This document shows, piece by piece, positions 1 to 14,779 of a stretch of DNA of 64,000 nt. A program made the translations under genes and the position numbers. Source of the DNA: Macrostomum lignano (lineage: Eukaryota). Within the stretch, counting starts at the first letter, position 1. Each line of letters opens with the position of its first letter. The notes below the pieces were generated by a model. That model worked only from the letters and a program-made list of their open reading frames with translations, ran no database searches and was not told the origin of the DNA. The stretch spans positions 253,760 to 317,759 of the forward strand of contig NIVC01000459.1 in the NCBI GenBank assembly GCA_002269645.1, given 5' to 3'.

Positions 1-537
1 CCCACCCTCTCCCACCCTTTCCAACCCTCTCCCATCCTCTCCCATCCTCTCCCATCCCCTCCCACCCTCTCCCACCCTTTCCAACCCTCTCCCATCCTCT
101 CCAATCCTCTCCCATCCTCTCCCATCCTCTCCCACCCTTTCCAACCCTCTCCCATCCTCTCCAATCCTCTCCCATCCTCTCCCATCCTCTCCCACCCTCT
201 CCCACCCTCTCCCACCCTCTCCCACCCTTTCCAACCCTCTCTCATCCTCTCCCATCCTCTCCCATCCCCTCCCACCCTCTCCCACCCTTTCCAACCCTCT
301 CCCATCCTCTCCCATCCTCTCCCATCCCCTCCCACCCTCTCCCACCCTTTCCAACCCTCTCCCATCCTCTCCAATCCTCTCCCATCCTCTCCCATCCTCT
401 CCCACCCTTTCCAACCCTCTCCCATCCTCTCCAATCCTCTCCCATCCTCTCCCATCCTCTCCCACCCTCTCCCACCCTATCCCACCCTCTCCAACCCTCT
501 CACACCCTCTCGCACCCTCTCCCACCCTCTCCCACCC
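1..537. repeat. 10-bp minisatellite (CCCAYCCTCT)n
   Basis: Direct tandem repetition; runs off the left edge of the window. The ORF at 242-475 is a repeat artefact. Confidence 0.95.
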
Positions 538-781
538 TAACCAAATTAGACTGAGTGTGAATCCGAAATGACGAAAGGAATAAAAAATATAGAAAAATTC
601 TGACCAGCGGGAAACGGCACGGACTGCACCGGCACCTCGAGTTCTCTGTCTGGTAATTAGCTCAGCACAGCCCTCCCTGGCTCAATAAATACAAAAAGGA
701 TTTTCTCATGACAAGTTCCGACAACGGTTTTAGTCCGGCTAATTAACAAGATGGAAAGACGGGGTGCTCAAATTTTCTCAC

Positions 782-1184
782 CTTCTCTTCTCCGAAGGAT
801 TCGAGCCCGGACCCCGCTTTGCTGCAAAATATGAGAAGATTTATCCTATTCTGCTTGACAGCTTCATCCTCTGAGTGGGGAACTGAAGGCGTCTTTAGGC
901 TAAAGAGGCTGAGGGTCCAGCACTCTCCGCCTGTCTGTAATCAGGAAGTCAGCAGAAAATTCTTGCCTGAATGTCTCTCTCACCTCTCTCTACCCCATCT
1001 TTCCGTTCCGGGAGACAGCTGGCCCAGCCCGCTAGCACGGATTTATACAGATTTAATTTCTGATGCAGCCGCAGTTAAATCCGTCACCTGCCAGGGACCT
1101 TTGCGTAGCCGAACTGGACTGGAATCGGACTTCGCACTCAACAACAAGATTTATCATTACAGGCTGCTCTGGGTTCCTTAATTC
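782..1184 (-). CDS. Probable internal exons (1184-1088, 930-782) of an unidentified minus-strand gene
   Basis: tttctgtag|GAA...GCA G|gtgacg, then gacag|GC...AAG|gtgaga. Phases 0/1 then 1/0 join into one open frame (ELRNPEQPVMINLVVECEVRF...GECWTLSLF...SFGEEK), flanked by repeat-filled introns. No homology recognised. Confidence 0.4.
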
Positions 1185-1236
1185 CTACAGAAATATGAAA
1201 AAGTAAGTTAAGCTTTTTCATGGATCAACAACTTGA

Positions 1237-1700
1237 CCTCCCCCATCCTCTCTTATCCTCTCCCACACTCTCCTACCCAATCCCACACTCTCCTACCCTC
1301 TCCCACACTCTCCCATCCTCTCCCATCCTCTCCCATCCTCTCTCACACTCTCCCATCCTATCCCACCCTTTCCCATAATCTCCACTCTCTCCCACCCTCT
1401 CCAAACCTCTCACACCCTCTCCCACCCTCTTTCACTCTCTCCCACCCTCTCCCACCATCTTCTACCCTCTCCAAACCTCTCACACCCTCTCCCACCCTCT
1501 TTCACTCTCTCCCACCCTCTCCCACCATCTTCTACCCTCTCCCACCCTCTCCCACCCTTTCCCACCTTCTTCCACCCTCTTCTACCCTCTTCCACCTTCC
1601 AGCCTCTACCACCCTCTCTCACCCTTTCCCTCCATCTACCACCCTCTCACAGCATCTCACAGCATCTCACACCCTCTCCCATCTCACACCCCTCTCACAC
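1237..1700. repeat. Degenerate (CCCAYCCTCT)n minisatellite, second block
   Basis: Same unit as 1-537 but more diverged. Confidence 0.9.
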
Positions 1701-2149
1701 CCTGGTGCGGGTTCCTTCTAGTCAAGGCCTTCTCAACGTCCCTGCACCTGTTTACACTGAATCTCTGTCTATTATTAAAAATCAAACCATTCTATTCCTA
1801 ACGGAAACTGCAAATAGTTCAATGCACCCCACCTGCCAGAAGAGCTCACCCACACAATCCAACTTTGTTGCAGCTGCAGAGACTGCACGAGTCTCTTTCA
1901 AAAACTCAGCTTCCTCTGAGTGTCCTCTTCATCTTTTTAGGGTTGCCTGTTCTCTCAGCAGCTTCATCAAACAGCTGTGATTTAAAATTCTGATATCGGA
2001 GGATATCAGATAGGCAACTTGATAGCATTTAAAGTGCTGTGGATTGGGATCACTTGCTCAGCCACTCTGTCTGCCTATCTGTCTCCTGTCCTCACCTATG
2101 ACTTCAATCATTCTCCGTAATCCTTCTGTCACTCTCCAATTGTCACTCT

Positions 2150-2545
2150 GCAATCTGTCACTCTGTATTTGCCGCCTTTCATCTGTCACTCTGTATCCGT
2201 CACTCTATATCTGTCACTCTGTATCTGTCACTCTGTATCCGTCACTCTGTACCCGTCACTCTGTATCCGTCACTCTATATCTGTCACTCTGTATCTATCA
2301 CTCCGTATCTGTCACTCTGTATCCGTCACTCTGTACCCGTCACTCTATATCCGTCACTCTGTATCTGTCACTCCGTATCTGCCACTCTGTATCCGTCACT
2401 CTGTATCTGTCACTCCGTATCTGGCACTCTGTATCTGACACTCTGTATCTGTCATTTCGTAACTGTCACTCTGTATCTGTCACTCTGCATCCATCACTTT
2501 GCATCTGCCGCTCGTCATTTGTCACTCTGCATCTGTCACTCTCCA
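2150..2545. repeat. ~14-bp minisatellite (CTGTATCTGTCACT / CTGTATCCGTCACT)n
   Basis: Direct tandem repetition. Confidence 0.9.
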
Positions 2546-2913
2546 TCTCTATACGAAAAATTTTAAAAATAACTGTAAGCAATGGATCAGCGGTTCTCCA
2601 AGTGGCTTTTCAACGCGTTTCTGTAAAGCATATAGCAACAGAATAACCTGAACACTCTACTTATAGTAGCGAATTTTAGAAGGAAATTTTTTTAAGGAAA
2701 ATTTACAATAAATAACGTTATATAAGAATATAGTGCCAAAGCTGGTTGCAAAAGTACACTTGTAGACTGCAAGCAACAACCGGATGTCTGTGGCCCAAGT
2801 TCCACCCTAAGCTACCTCACCTAGACCATAACGAAGCGACTTCAGAACCTCTGAGCGTCTGAGCGGTTTTTTGTTTCAAAGCGGTGCAACGTTTTGAAGA
2901 CTTGCCAAGCGAC

Positions 2914-5222
2914 ATGTACCGAGAGTACAGGTACAGAGAGGCCTACCTCGCTCCCATCAATGACAAGACCCTGCAGATGATTGGCGACTCCCGGGTTCGG
3001 GCCGCGTGCACCCAGACTGGCTGCCTGTTCTTCGTACAGAACCGAATGTGCTCAAGAAAGATCTGCGGCCGAGTTCTGCGCTGCTGCATCTTCGAGGTGC
3101 GCGGAGTCAGTCGGTCTGTGATCGGCAGCTTCAACAAAATCCTAGAGGGCTACTTTCCCGAGTACAAGCAGCGTAAAGTGCACGACGCCAAAGGTGTCAA
3201 GGCGAGGATTTCCTTTAACGAATGGACGCCCGACAACACGAAGCTGTTCTACATGTGCCAGCGCTTCGGACTGGGCCGCGGCGCCCTGGCCGATGTTGTC
3301 CTTGACGGTCCTTGCGGCGGCCTGCTGGAGGACTGGCAGACGTGTGAGTGAGACTGAGAGCACTTGACTCAATTGAGCAATGACTTGAGGTTCAGGGCAC
3401 GAATGAGTGTCCGAATATAGCTAGTGTTAGTGTTGCTAGTGAGAGCTGCCGACCCAAGGTACAGCGCGTCTGCATGCCTATACATGCATGTGCAAGCAAG
3501 CAAGCCAACAGACAAACAGACAAACAAACAAACAAACAACAAACCAGCAAACTAACTAACCAACTAACCACATAAACAACTGACTAACGAACCAACTAAT
3601 CAACAAATCAACAAACCAACAAACCAACAAACCAACAAACCAACAAACCAACAAACCAATAAACCAATAAACCAACAAATCAACAAACTAACAAACCAAC
3701 AAATCAACAAACCAACAAACCAACAAACCAACAAACCAACAAACCAACAAACCAACAAACCAACAAACCAACAAACCAACAAATCAACAAACCAACAAAC
3801 CAACAAACCAACAAACCAATAAACCAACAAATCAACAAACTAACAAACCAACAAATCAACAAACCAACAAACCAACAAACCAACAAACCAACAAACCAAC
3901 AAATCAACAAACCAACAAACCAACAAACCAACAAATCAACAAACTAACAAATCAACAAGCAAACAAACCAAAAAACCACCTAACCAACAAACCAACAAAC
4001 CAAGAAACCAACAAATCAACAAACCAACAAACCAACAAACCAACAAACCAACAAACCAAAAAACCACCTAACCAACAAACCAACAAACCAACAAACCAAC
4101 AAACCAACAAACCAACAAACCAACAAACCAACAAACCACCTAACCAACAAACCAACAAACCAACAAACCAACAAACCAACAAACCAACAAATCAACAAAC
4201 TAACAAATCAACAAGCTAACAAACCAAAAAACCACCTAACCAACAAACCAACAAACCAAGAAACCAACAAACCAACAAACCAACAAACCAACAAACCAAC
4301 AAACCAACAAACCAACAAACCAACAAACCAACAAACCAAAAAACCACCTAACCAACAAACCAACAAACCAAGAAACCAACAAACCAACAAACCAACAAAC
4401 CAACAAACCAACAAACCACCTAACCAACAAACCAACAAACCAACAAACCAACAAACCAACAAACCAACAAACCAACAAATCAACAAACTAACAAATCAAC
4501 AAGCTAACAAACCAAAAAACCACCTAACCAACAAACCAACAAACCAAGAAACCAACAAACCAACAAACCAACAAACCAACAAACCAACAAACCAACAAAC
4601 CAACAAACCAACAAACCACCTAACCAACAAAACAACAAACCACCTAACCAACAAACCAACAAACCACCTAACCAACAAACCAACAAACCACCTAACCAAC
4701 AAACCAACAAACCACCTAACCAACAAACCAACAAACCAACAAACCAACAAACCAACAAATCAAGAAACCAACAAAGAAACTAGCCAACGAATTAACTAAT
4801 CAACAACCCAACCAACCAACCCTACAGACCACACCGGCCTCATGGACATGATTGCGGACGTGCCAAGAAGCGCCTGGATGGCGGGCAAGCGAGAGAGCGA
4901 GGGTCTGTACACGTCATCCTTCGGCAACTGCATCAACTACCAGCCGACCCTGTTCCGCCGGGCCTGCAAGAACAAGACCTACAGAGGCCGCAAGGACTTT
5001 CAGCAGACTACGGAGCGCCTGCCGAACATGAACTACTTCAGCGATCCGGAGTACATGGACAGGCTGATCGACCCGCTGCGGGTGGAGACGCTCCGACAGA
5101 AGGAGGCGCTGCTGGAGGCGGAGCGCCACTCGCACAAGACCATGATGCCGGGCTACAGCACAGATGACAAGCCGGCAGCTGCCGACAAAAACAAGAGCGC
5201 AGAGACGGGAGGAACCAACTAA
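2914..5222 (+). CDS. Uncharacterised 2-exon protein, ~274 aa (exons 2914-3343, 4828-5222)
   Basis: ATG at 2914; donor T|GTGAGT at 3344; acceptor CTACAG|AC at 4827. The phase-1 join gives ...WQT-Y-HTGLMDM... and stays open to TAA at 5222, with GC-rich coding-like codon usage. An acceptor tttcaaag| at 2881 could link to a further upstream exon. Confidence 0.7.
3500..4820. repeat. Intronic 8-bp minisatellite (AACCAACA)n
   Basis: Fills most of the 3344-4827 intron and runs almost to the acceptor. Confidence 0.95.
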
Positions 5223-5619
5223 AAACTCTCTGGTTTAAGCAGAATTTTGTCCCAATCTGAAAAACGCTCTGTTTACCATTTTTATTAACACTCTTAAAGT
5301 CCAGTTGCTTTTCCTATTGAAGACAAAAATCTGAGCACAAGGCTTCAAATAGAGATGCCGACTTGAAAAAAAGAGAATATTTTTTTCAAAGATATGAAAA
5401 TTCTTTTTTTGTTAAAGGACTTGATTCTGTCATTCCTTATTTATCGGTCTCACAGGTGAATAGCGCGCTAATGAATGACATTTTGAAAAGTGGCTCAATT
5501 TATGAGGTTGCTAAAAGTTCATCATGTCCTTAATAAAGATCTGCTCCTTCCTTAGATTGCTCAGTCCTAAAACGCTATTCTAATCTAAGGCACTCCATAT
5601 AAGGTAGAGTGCTCAATCC

Positions 5620-6155
5620 TCTGAGTGCTCAATCCTCTGAGTACTCAATCCCTGGAGTGCTCAATCCTCTGAGTGGTCAATCCTCTGAGTGCTCAATCCT
5701 CTGAGTGCTCAATCCCAGGAGTGCTCAATCCTCTGAGTGGTCAATCCTCTGAGTGGTCAATCCTCTGAGTGCTCAATCCCAGGAGTGCTCAATCCTCTGA
5801 GTGGTCAATCCTCTGAGTGCTCAATCCTCTGAGTGCTCAATCCCAGGAGTGCTCAATCCCTGGAGTGCTCAATCCTCTGAGTGCTCAATCCTCTGAGTGC
5901 TTAATCCCTGGAGTGGTCAATCCTCTGAGTGCTCAATCCTCTGAGTGCTTAATCCCTGGAGTGCTCAATCCTTTAAGTGCTTAATCCTTTAAGTGCTTAA
6001 TCCTTAGAGTGCTCAATTCTTTGAGTGCCCAATCATCGGAGTGCCCAATCCTTGGAGTGCTCAATCCTCAATCCTTTAGAGTACTCAATCATTGGAGTGC
6101 TCAATCCTCAATTCTTTAGAGTGCTCAATCATTGGAGTGCTCAATCCTTGGGGTG
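5620..6155. repeat. 16-bp minisatellite (GAGTGCTCAATCCTCT)n
   Basis: Direct tandem repetition. Confidence 0.95.
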
Positions 6156-6544
6156 CTCAGCATCTTACATAAAATGATATACAGAAAAACATAAACTGAA
6201 ATCAACTGACCAGCAAAATAATGTTCAGACGATCAGTTTTGGTCATAAAAGTTAGCTACGAGTATAATAACAATCAAGCTTTTATTAAAAGAACTCCTGC
6301 TCATCTTCATGGAGTTGAGACAAAGAGTTAAAAATAGAATACTTGGCACGCGGGCAGGTGCTGATCTGTCTGAATTCATTAGCATATGGTGCAATGACTA
6401 CGTTATTCTTTGGCACGTATAAATTAGTCAACTTTATAGCATAATAGTTATTACGTTTCTAGATTCCAATTAAATGTGAAAAATGAAGTCACATCGTGTT
6501 CGAGAAGTTGCTGATATTCATGTACATGTACTAGTTAACCCAAG

Positions 6545-6730
6545 CTGAGAGTAGTACTACCCTCAGAGAGTAGTTCTACCCCAGAGAGTAATGCTACCCC
6601 AGAGAGTAATGCTACCCCAGAGAGTAATGCTACCCCAGAGAGTAATGCTACCCCAGAGAGTAGTTCTACCCCAGAGAGTAACGCTACCCCAGAGAGTAGT
6701 TCTACCCCAGAGAGTAATTCTACCCCACAC
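6545..6730. repeat. 18-bp minisatellite (ACCCCAGAGAGTAATGCT)n
   Basis: Direct tandem repetition, about 10 units. Confidence 0.9.
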
Positions 6731-7639
6731 AATTCCACTCCATGCTACCTCGAAAAGACGGGCAAACAAGCCAAGTTGCAATTCAGCTGCCTGTGTAGAG
6801 TTTACTTTTTCTAAAAGGAACTGTCTCAAACCAGACTGTCTATGGTAAAACTGATGGTGTTATGGTGTTATTAGTGCTAAAAAGGCAAACATAAGCTATT
6901 TCGCTAATGCATCTGTAGCGTCCTTCTCATGCAGCTGCTGTTCACGATTTTTCTCCACCCAGACGGCGACCCGAAAGTGCGCAGGTGGCGCGGTTTTCCG
7001 AGAGCAAGTCGGGGGTGGGCTGCCTTCGCATTCGCACTCTCTGTTCGGTCGATAACGCAGCAAACAAAGTGAAGAAGCCAGCACAATATGGCTTTGCCAA
7101 AAGCAACCAGCCCGAAGCAGGCAGGCTCAGGCAGCCGGGCTAAGCAAGAGCAGAGTTTGAGCTCGGGGCCCCAGCGATTTTTTAATTGCCGCGCTGCGCT
7201 TGCCGAGCTCTCCTTTCTTCTTCATCTCCTTTTTCTTTCATTTCTTTATTGATGTTGCTGCGTAGCGAGAGAGAAAAATTCTTTAATATTAGCTAGAAAT
7301 TTTTGGCCCATTGTGACCAGGGGGGTTTTGGGGTGCCGGGCCACAGAACCAGACGGACAGATAGACCGAGTGAAACAGACAGACGGTAGCTAAGAGAGGG
7401 GTGGATGTCGTGCTCAGAATCGGGCCGAGTTCGAGGCCGACTGAAGGCAAAAATAATTTTATAAAATTGCTGCCGATTTGGGCCTCACGGTAAGCAGAAA
7501 ATGTTGCAGAACTGATGGATTCTGGTGGGCTGTCTATCAGGGTTAGCGGGGTCTGACTGAATACCTTTGAAAAGGTAGTTGAGTATCTGACTGACGTGTT
7601 GTTAGGTTAAGCCCAGTTATTGATTTCTATAGATGGGTG

Positions 7640-8750
7640 ACTGCCTCTGTGTCTTAGGTGGGCGCCTCGTGTCTTAGTTGAGTGCCCCTGTGTCTTAGGT
7701 GGGCGCCCCCGTGTCTTAGGTGAGTGCCCCTGTCTCTCAGGTGAGTGCCCCTGTCTCTTAGGTGAGTGCCCCTGTGTCTTAGGTGAGTGCCCCTGTCTCT
7801 CAGGTGAGTGCCCCTGTCTCTTAGGTGAGTGCCCCTGTCTCTTAGGTGAGTTCCTCTGTGTCTTAGGTGGGCGCCTCGTGTCTTAGGTGAGTGCCCCTGT
7901 CTCTCAGGTGAGTGCCCCTGTCTCTTAGGTGAGTGCCCCTGTGTCTTAGGTGAGTGCCCCTGTGTCTCAGGTGAGTGCCCCTGTGTCTTAGGTGAGTGCC
8001 CCTGTCTCTTAGGTGAGTGCCCCTGTGTCTTAGGTGAGTGCCCCTGTGTCTTAGGTGGGCGCCCCCGTGTCTCAGGTGAGTGCCCCTGTCTCTCAGGTGA
8101 GTGCCCCTGTCTCTTAGGTGAGTGCCCCTGTGTCTTAAGTGAGTGCCCCTGTGTCTTAGGTGGGCGCCCCCGTGTCTTAGGTGAGTGCCTCTGTCTCTTA
8201 GGTGAGTGCCCCTGTGTCTTAAGTGAGTGCCCCTGTGTCTTAGGTGGGCGCCCCCGTGTCTCAGGTGAGTGCCCCTGTCTCTTAGGTGAGTGCCCCTGTG
8301 TCTCAGGTGAGTGCCCCTGTCTCTTAGGTGAGTGCCCCTGTGTCTTAGGTGAGTGCCCCTGTGTCTTAGGTGAGTGCCCCTGTCTCTTCAGGTGAGTGCC
8401 CCTGTCTCTTCAGGTGAGTGCCCCTGTGTCTTAGGTGAGTACCCCTGTGTCTCAGGTGAGTGCCCCTGTGTCTCAGGTGAGTGCCCCTGTGTCTTAGGTG
8501 AGTACCCCTGTGTCTCAGGTGAGTGCCCCTGTGTCTCAGGTGAGTGCCCCTGTGTCTTAGGTGAGTGCCCCTGTGTCTTAGGTGAGTGCCCCTGTGTCTT
8601 AGGTGAGTACCCCTGTGTCTCAGGTGAGTGCCCCTGTGTCTCAGGTGAGTGCCCCTGTGTACTAGGTGAGTGCCCCTGTGTCTTAGGTGAGTGCCCCTGT
8701 CTCCTAGGTGAGTGCCCCTGTGTACTAGGTGAGTGCCCCTGTGTCTTAGG
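7640..8750 (+). repeat. 21-bp minisatellite (GTGAGTGCCCCTGTGTCTTAG)n in a putative 5'-UTR intron (7490-8764) of the ZIP gene
   Basis: About 50 units, bracketed by donor CG|GTAAGC at 7490 and acceptor tattttgcag| at 8764. Confidence 0.9.
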
Positions 8751-8992
8751 TCTCTATTTTGCAGGCTAGATCGTAGTGAGGCAAAGAGAAAAAGTTACCT
8801 TTTGCTTTGTAGAGCCCCGACCAATAGCAGCTGCTGTTGACAGAAAAAGGAGAGAAAGAAGAGAGCTGCTCTGCGAGCCCTAGGGTTTCGCGAGTGAGTG
8901 GATAAATATGAGTGCCGAGTCCAAAAACAGTTAAATTTCTTGTCTGCAGGCTTAGCTTCTCTACAAATATTGAAAATATTTAAATATTAAAT

Positions 8993-12954
<3,962 letters not shown>

Positions 12955-13536
12955 ACGAATCATCATTTTTATTGAACTATTTCAGCACCAAAACCAAACC
13001 ATCAAAAATCTCAACTTTGATAAAAAAACTTTTAACTTACAGCGTCATGTTCGTAACAAGTGATGACCATGTCTAAATCTCGTAGACTAGACTTAAATCT
13101 TAAAATGATAAATCATAACATTTATAACAGAATTTCTAAAATATGTATAATTATAACTAACACATTTATATTTTTTTTTAACATAATACCCAATAATTTA
13201 CCACATTTTTAAGACAAAAGTCTTTATTTTAAATGAACGTTATAACAAATCTAAACAAAAAAATTCATTGGAACTTCATTGAACTGAACTTTCATCGCGC
13301 CAGAAATAACAAACACAACACGATGGGCGCCAAAAAAACCGTAATGTTAATTAATTATTATATTCTCAGTTTTAACGCACGAGTCTCTGTTTTATTCTTT
13401 TTTTATTGGCATTTATTTAATTGATGGAGTCTTTGTGACAAGCGCTATAGCGGGATTGTTAAGGAAGCGGGCGATACCAAGGAGTTGAAGTGATGGCTGC
13501 TCTATGACAGCTTAAACAGCATTGGAGCATTGGGCT

Positions 13537-13689
<153 letters not shown>

Positions 13690-14311
13690 TGAGAAAACAG
13701 TATTCTTGGGCACCAGCTGCAACCACCAAGACCAAGGAAAATAAATATGTATGAATATATCGCATTATAACAAAAGCGTGTGAAAAAGGACAGCAAAATA
13801 GGCGGCACATGCGGAACATCTGTTAGAATTGTGACACGCGCGAAGGCCAAGCGGGGATTTGACATTAGCTAGGTTATTAGAAAATAATATCTAGATATGC
13901 GGTACAATGCGCACTTGAACTCCTCACACCAACGAAGCAAAACCAGAACTAAAAGTACAAGTCACGATCGGCTCATTAACAAAATTAATTAGCTGAGTTC
14001 ACATTGAAAGACGGATGCTATGCTAAATTGAAATTAAAAAATAACCATTTTATGACGAAATAATATTACGATAAAATTAAATTTCAAACGAAAATGAGAA
14101 TCAGGTAATCTTTCTAGATGTTAGTTTTCATGTCCAGAGCTAATTAGGAATTCTTCTAAATAGAATCTTTCTATGGTGAAACCAGAGCTGCACGCCAGCT
14201 ACAGGCTCCCCAACAGCCTCCAAGCTCATTTCTAAGAAAGTTGGGTAATGCCCATTCCGCTGACGCCTGAGCTGGCACAGCGTCGTCAGTTAGCCGACAC
14301 ACCCTGTGACG

Positions 14312-14540
14312 GGGGCCGTAGCCCAGCGGTAGCGCAGCTGCTCTGGTGTGCCAGCGACCCAGGCTCGATTCCAAGTGCAGTCACATTAATTTCGGGCTGA
14401 ATTGGAATCTCGGCTTGGCTCTGCTCGTGCAATTAACGGCCTTGAGAGCCAACCCCCCAAGGCGCAGTGAAGTGTACATGCCTAATAAAGTTAGGGCCGC
14501 TGTACACTCCTGTGTGAGTGTGTGCCTGCGTACGTATCCG
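14312..14540 (+). mobile_element. tRNA-derived SINE-like element
   Basis: GGGGCCGTAGCCCAGCGGTAGCG (A box) ... GGCTCGATTCC (B box variant), with no acceptor-stem pairing. The 3' part (14470-14535) has a reverse-complement relative at ~27505-27575. Confidence 0.45.
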
Positions 14541-14779
14541 CGCGCTTGTATGCCTGCTCAGGGGAGTCGGCGGAATGGGCAGTAATGCCTCTCGCCGGTT
14601 GTGTGCCTATGTCGCTTAAAGTGCGCCAGGGTGCACACAGCCCCCTGCCTCTAAAAAAAACACCCCCTGTGCCGTGGGGTTCAGGGCCTGATTTCATGAC
14701 AACCCCCGGCGCATTATCGGGGATTTCGGAAGTGCAAAGTCCTCCTATTTGAAGCAGTGAGTTGTCTGTAAGGCGGGCA

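Noticed and set aside
3600-4758. Many ORFs such as (LVCWFVGL)n, and equivalents at 9169-9598, 15146-17650, 27566-29638, 30963-33242, 35107-35918, 58235-58720 and 62378-62942
   Set aside because: They are translations of tandem repeats lying inside introns or intergenic DNA and are open only because the unit lacks stops.
6896-7086. Small minus-strand ORF as a neuropeptide precursor or exon
   Set aside because: No true ATG or signal peptide, no dibasic cleavage pattern, and no supported splice sites.
14312-14385. Functional tRNA gene
   Set aside because: A and B boxes are present, but the acceptor stem cannot pair and the B box is mutated; treated as a SINE head. The same applies to 12332-12400.
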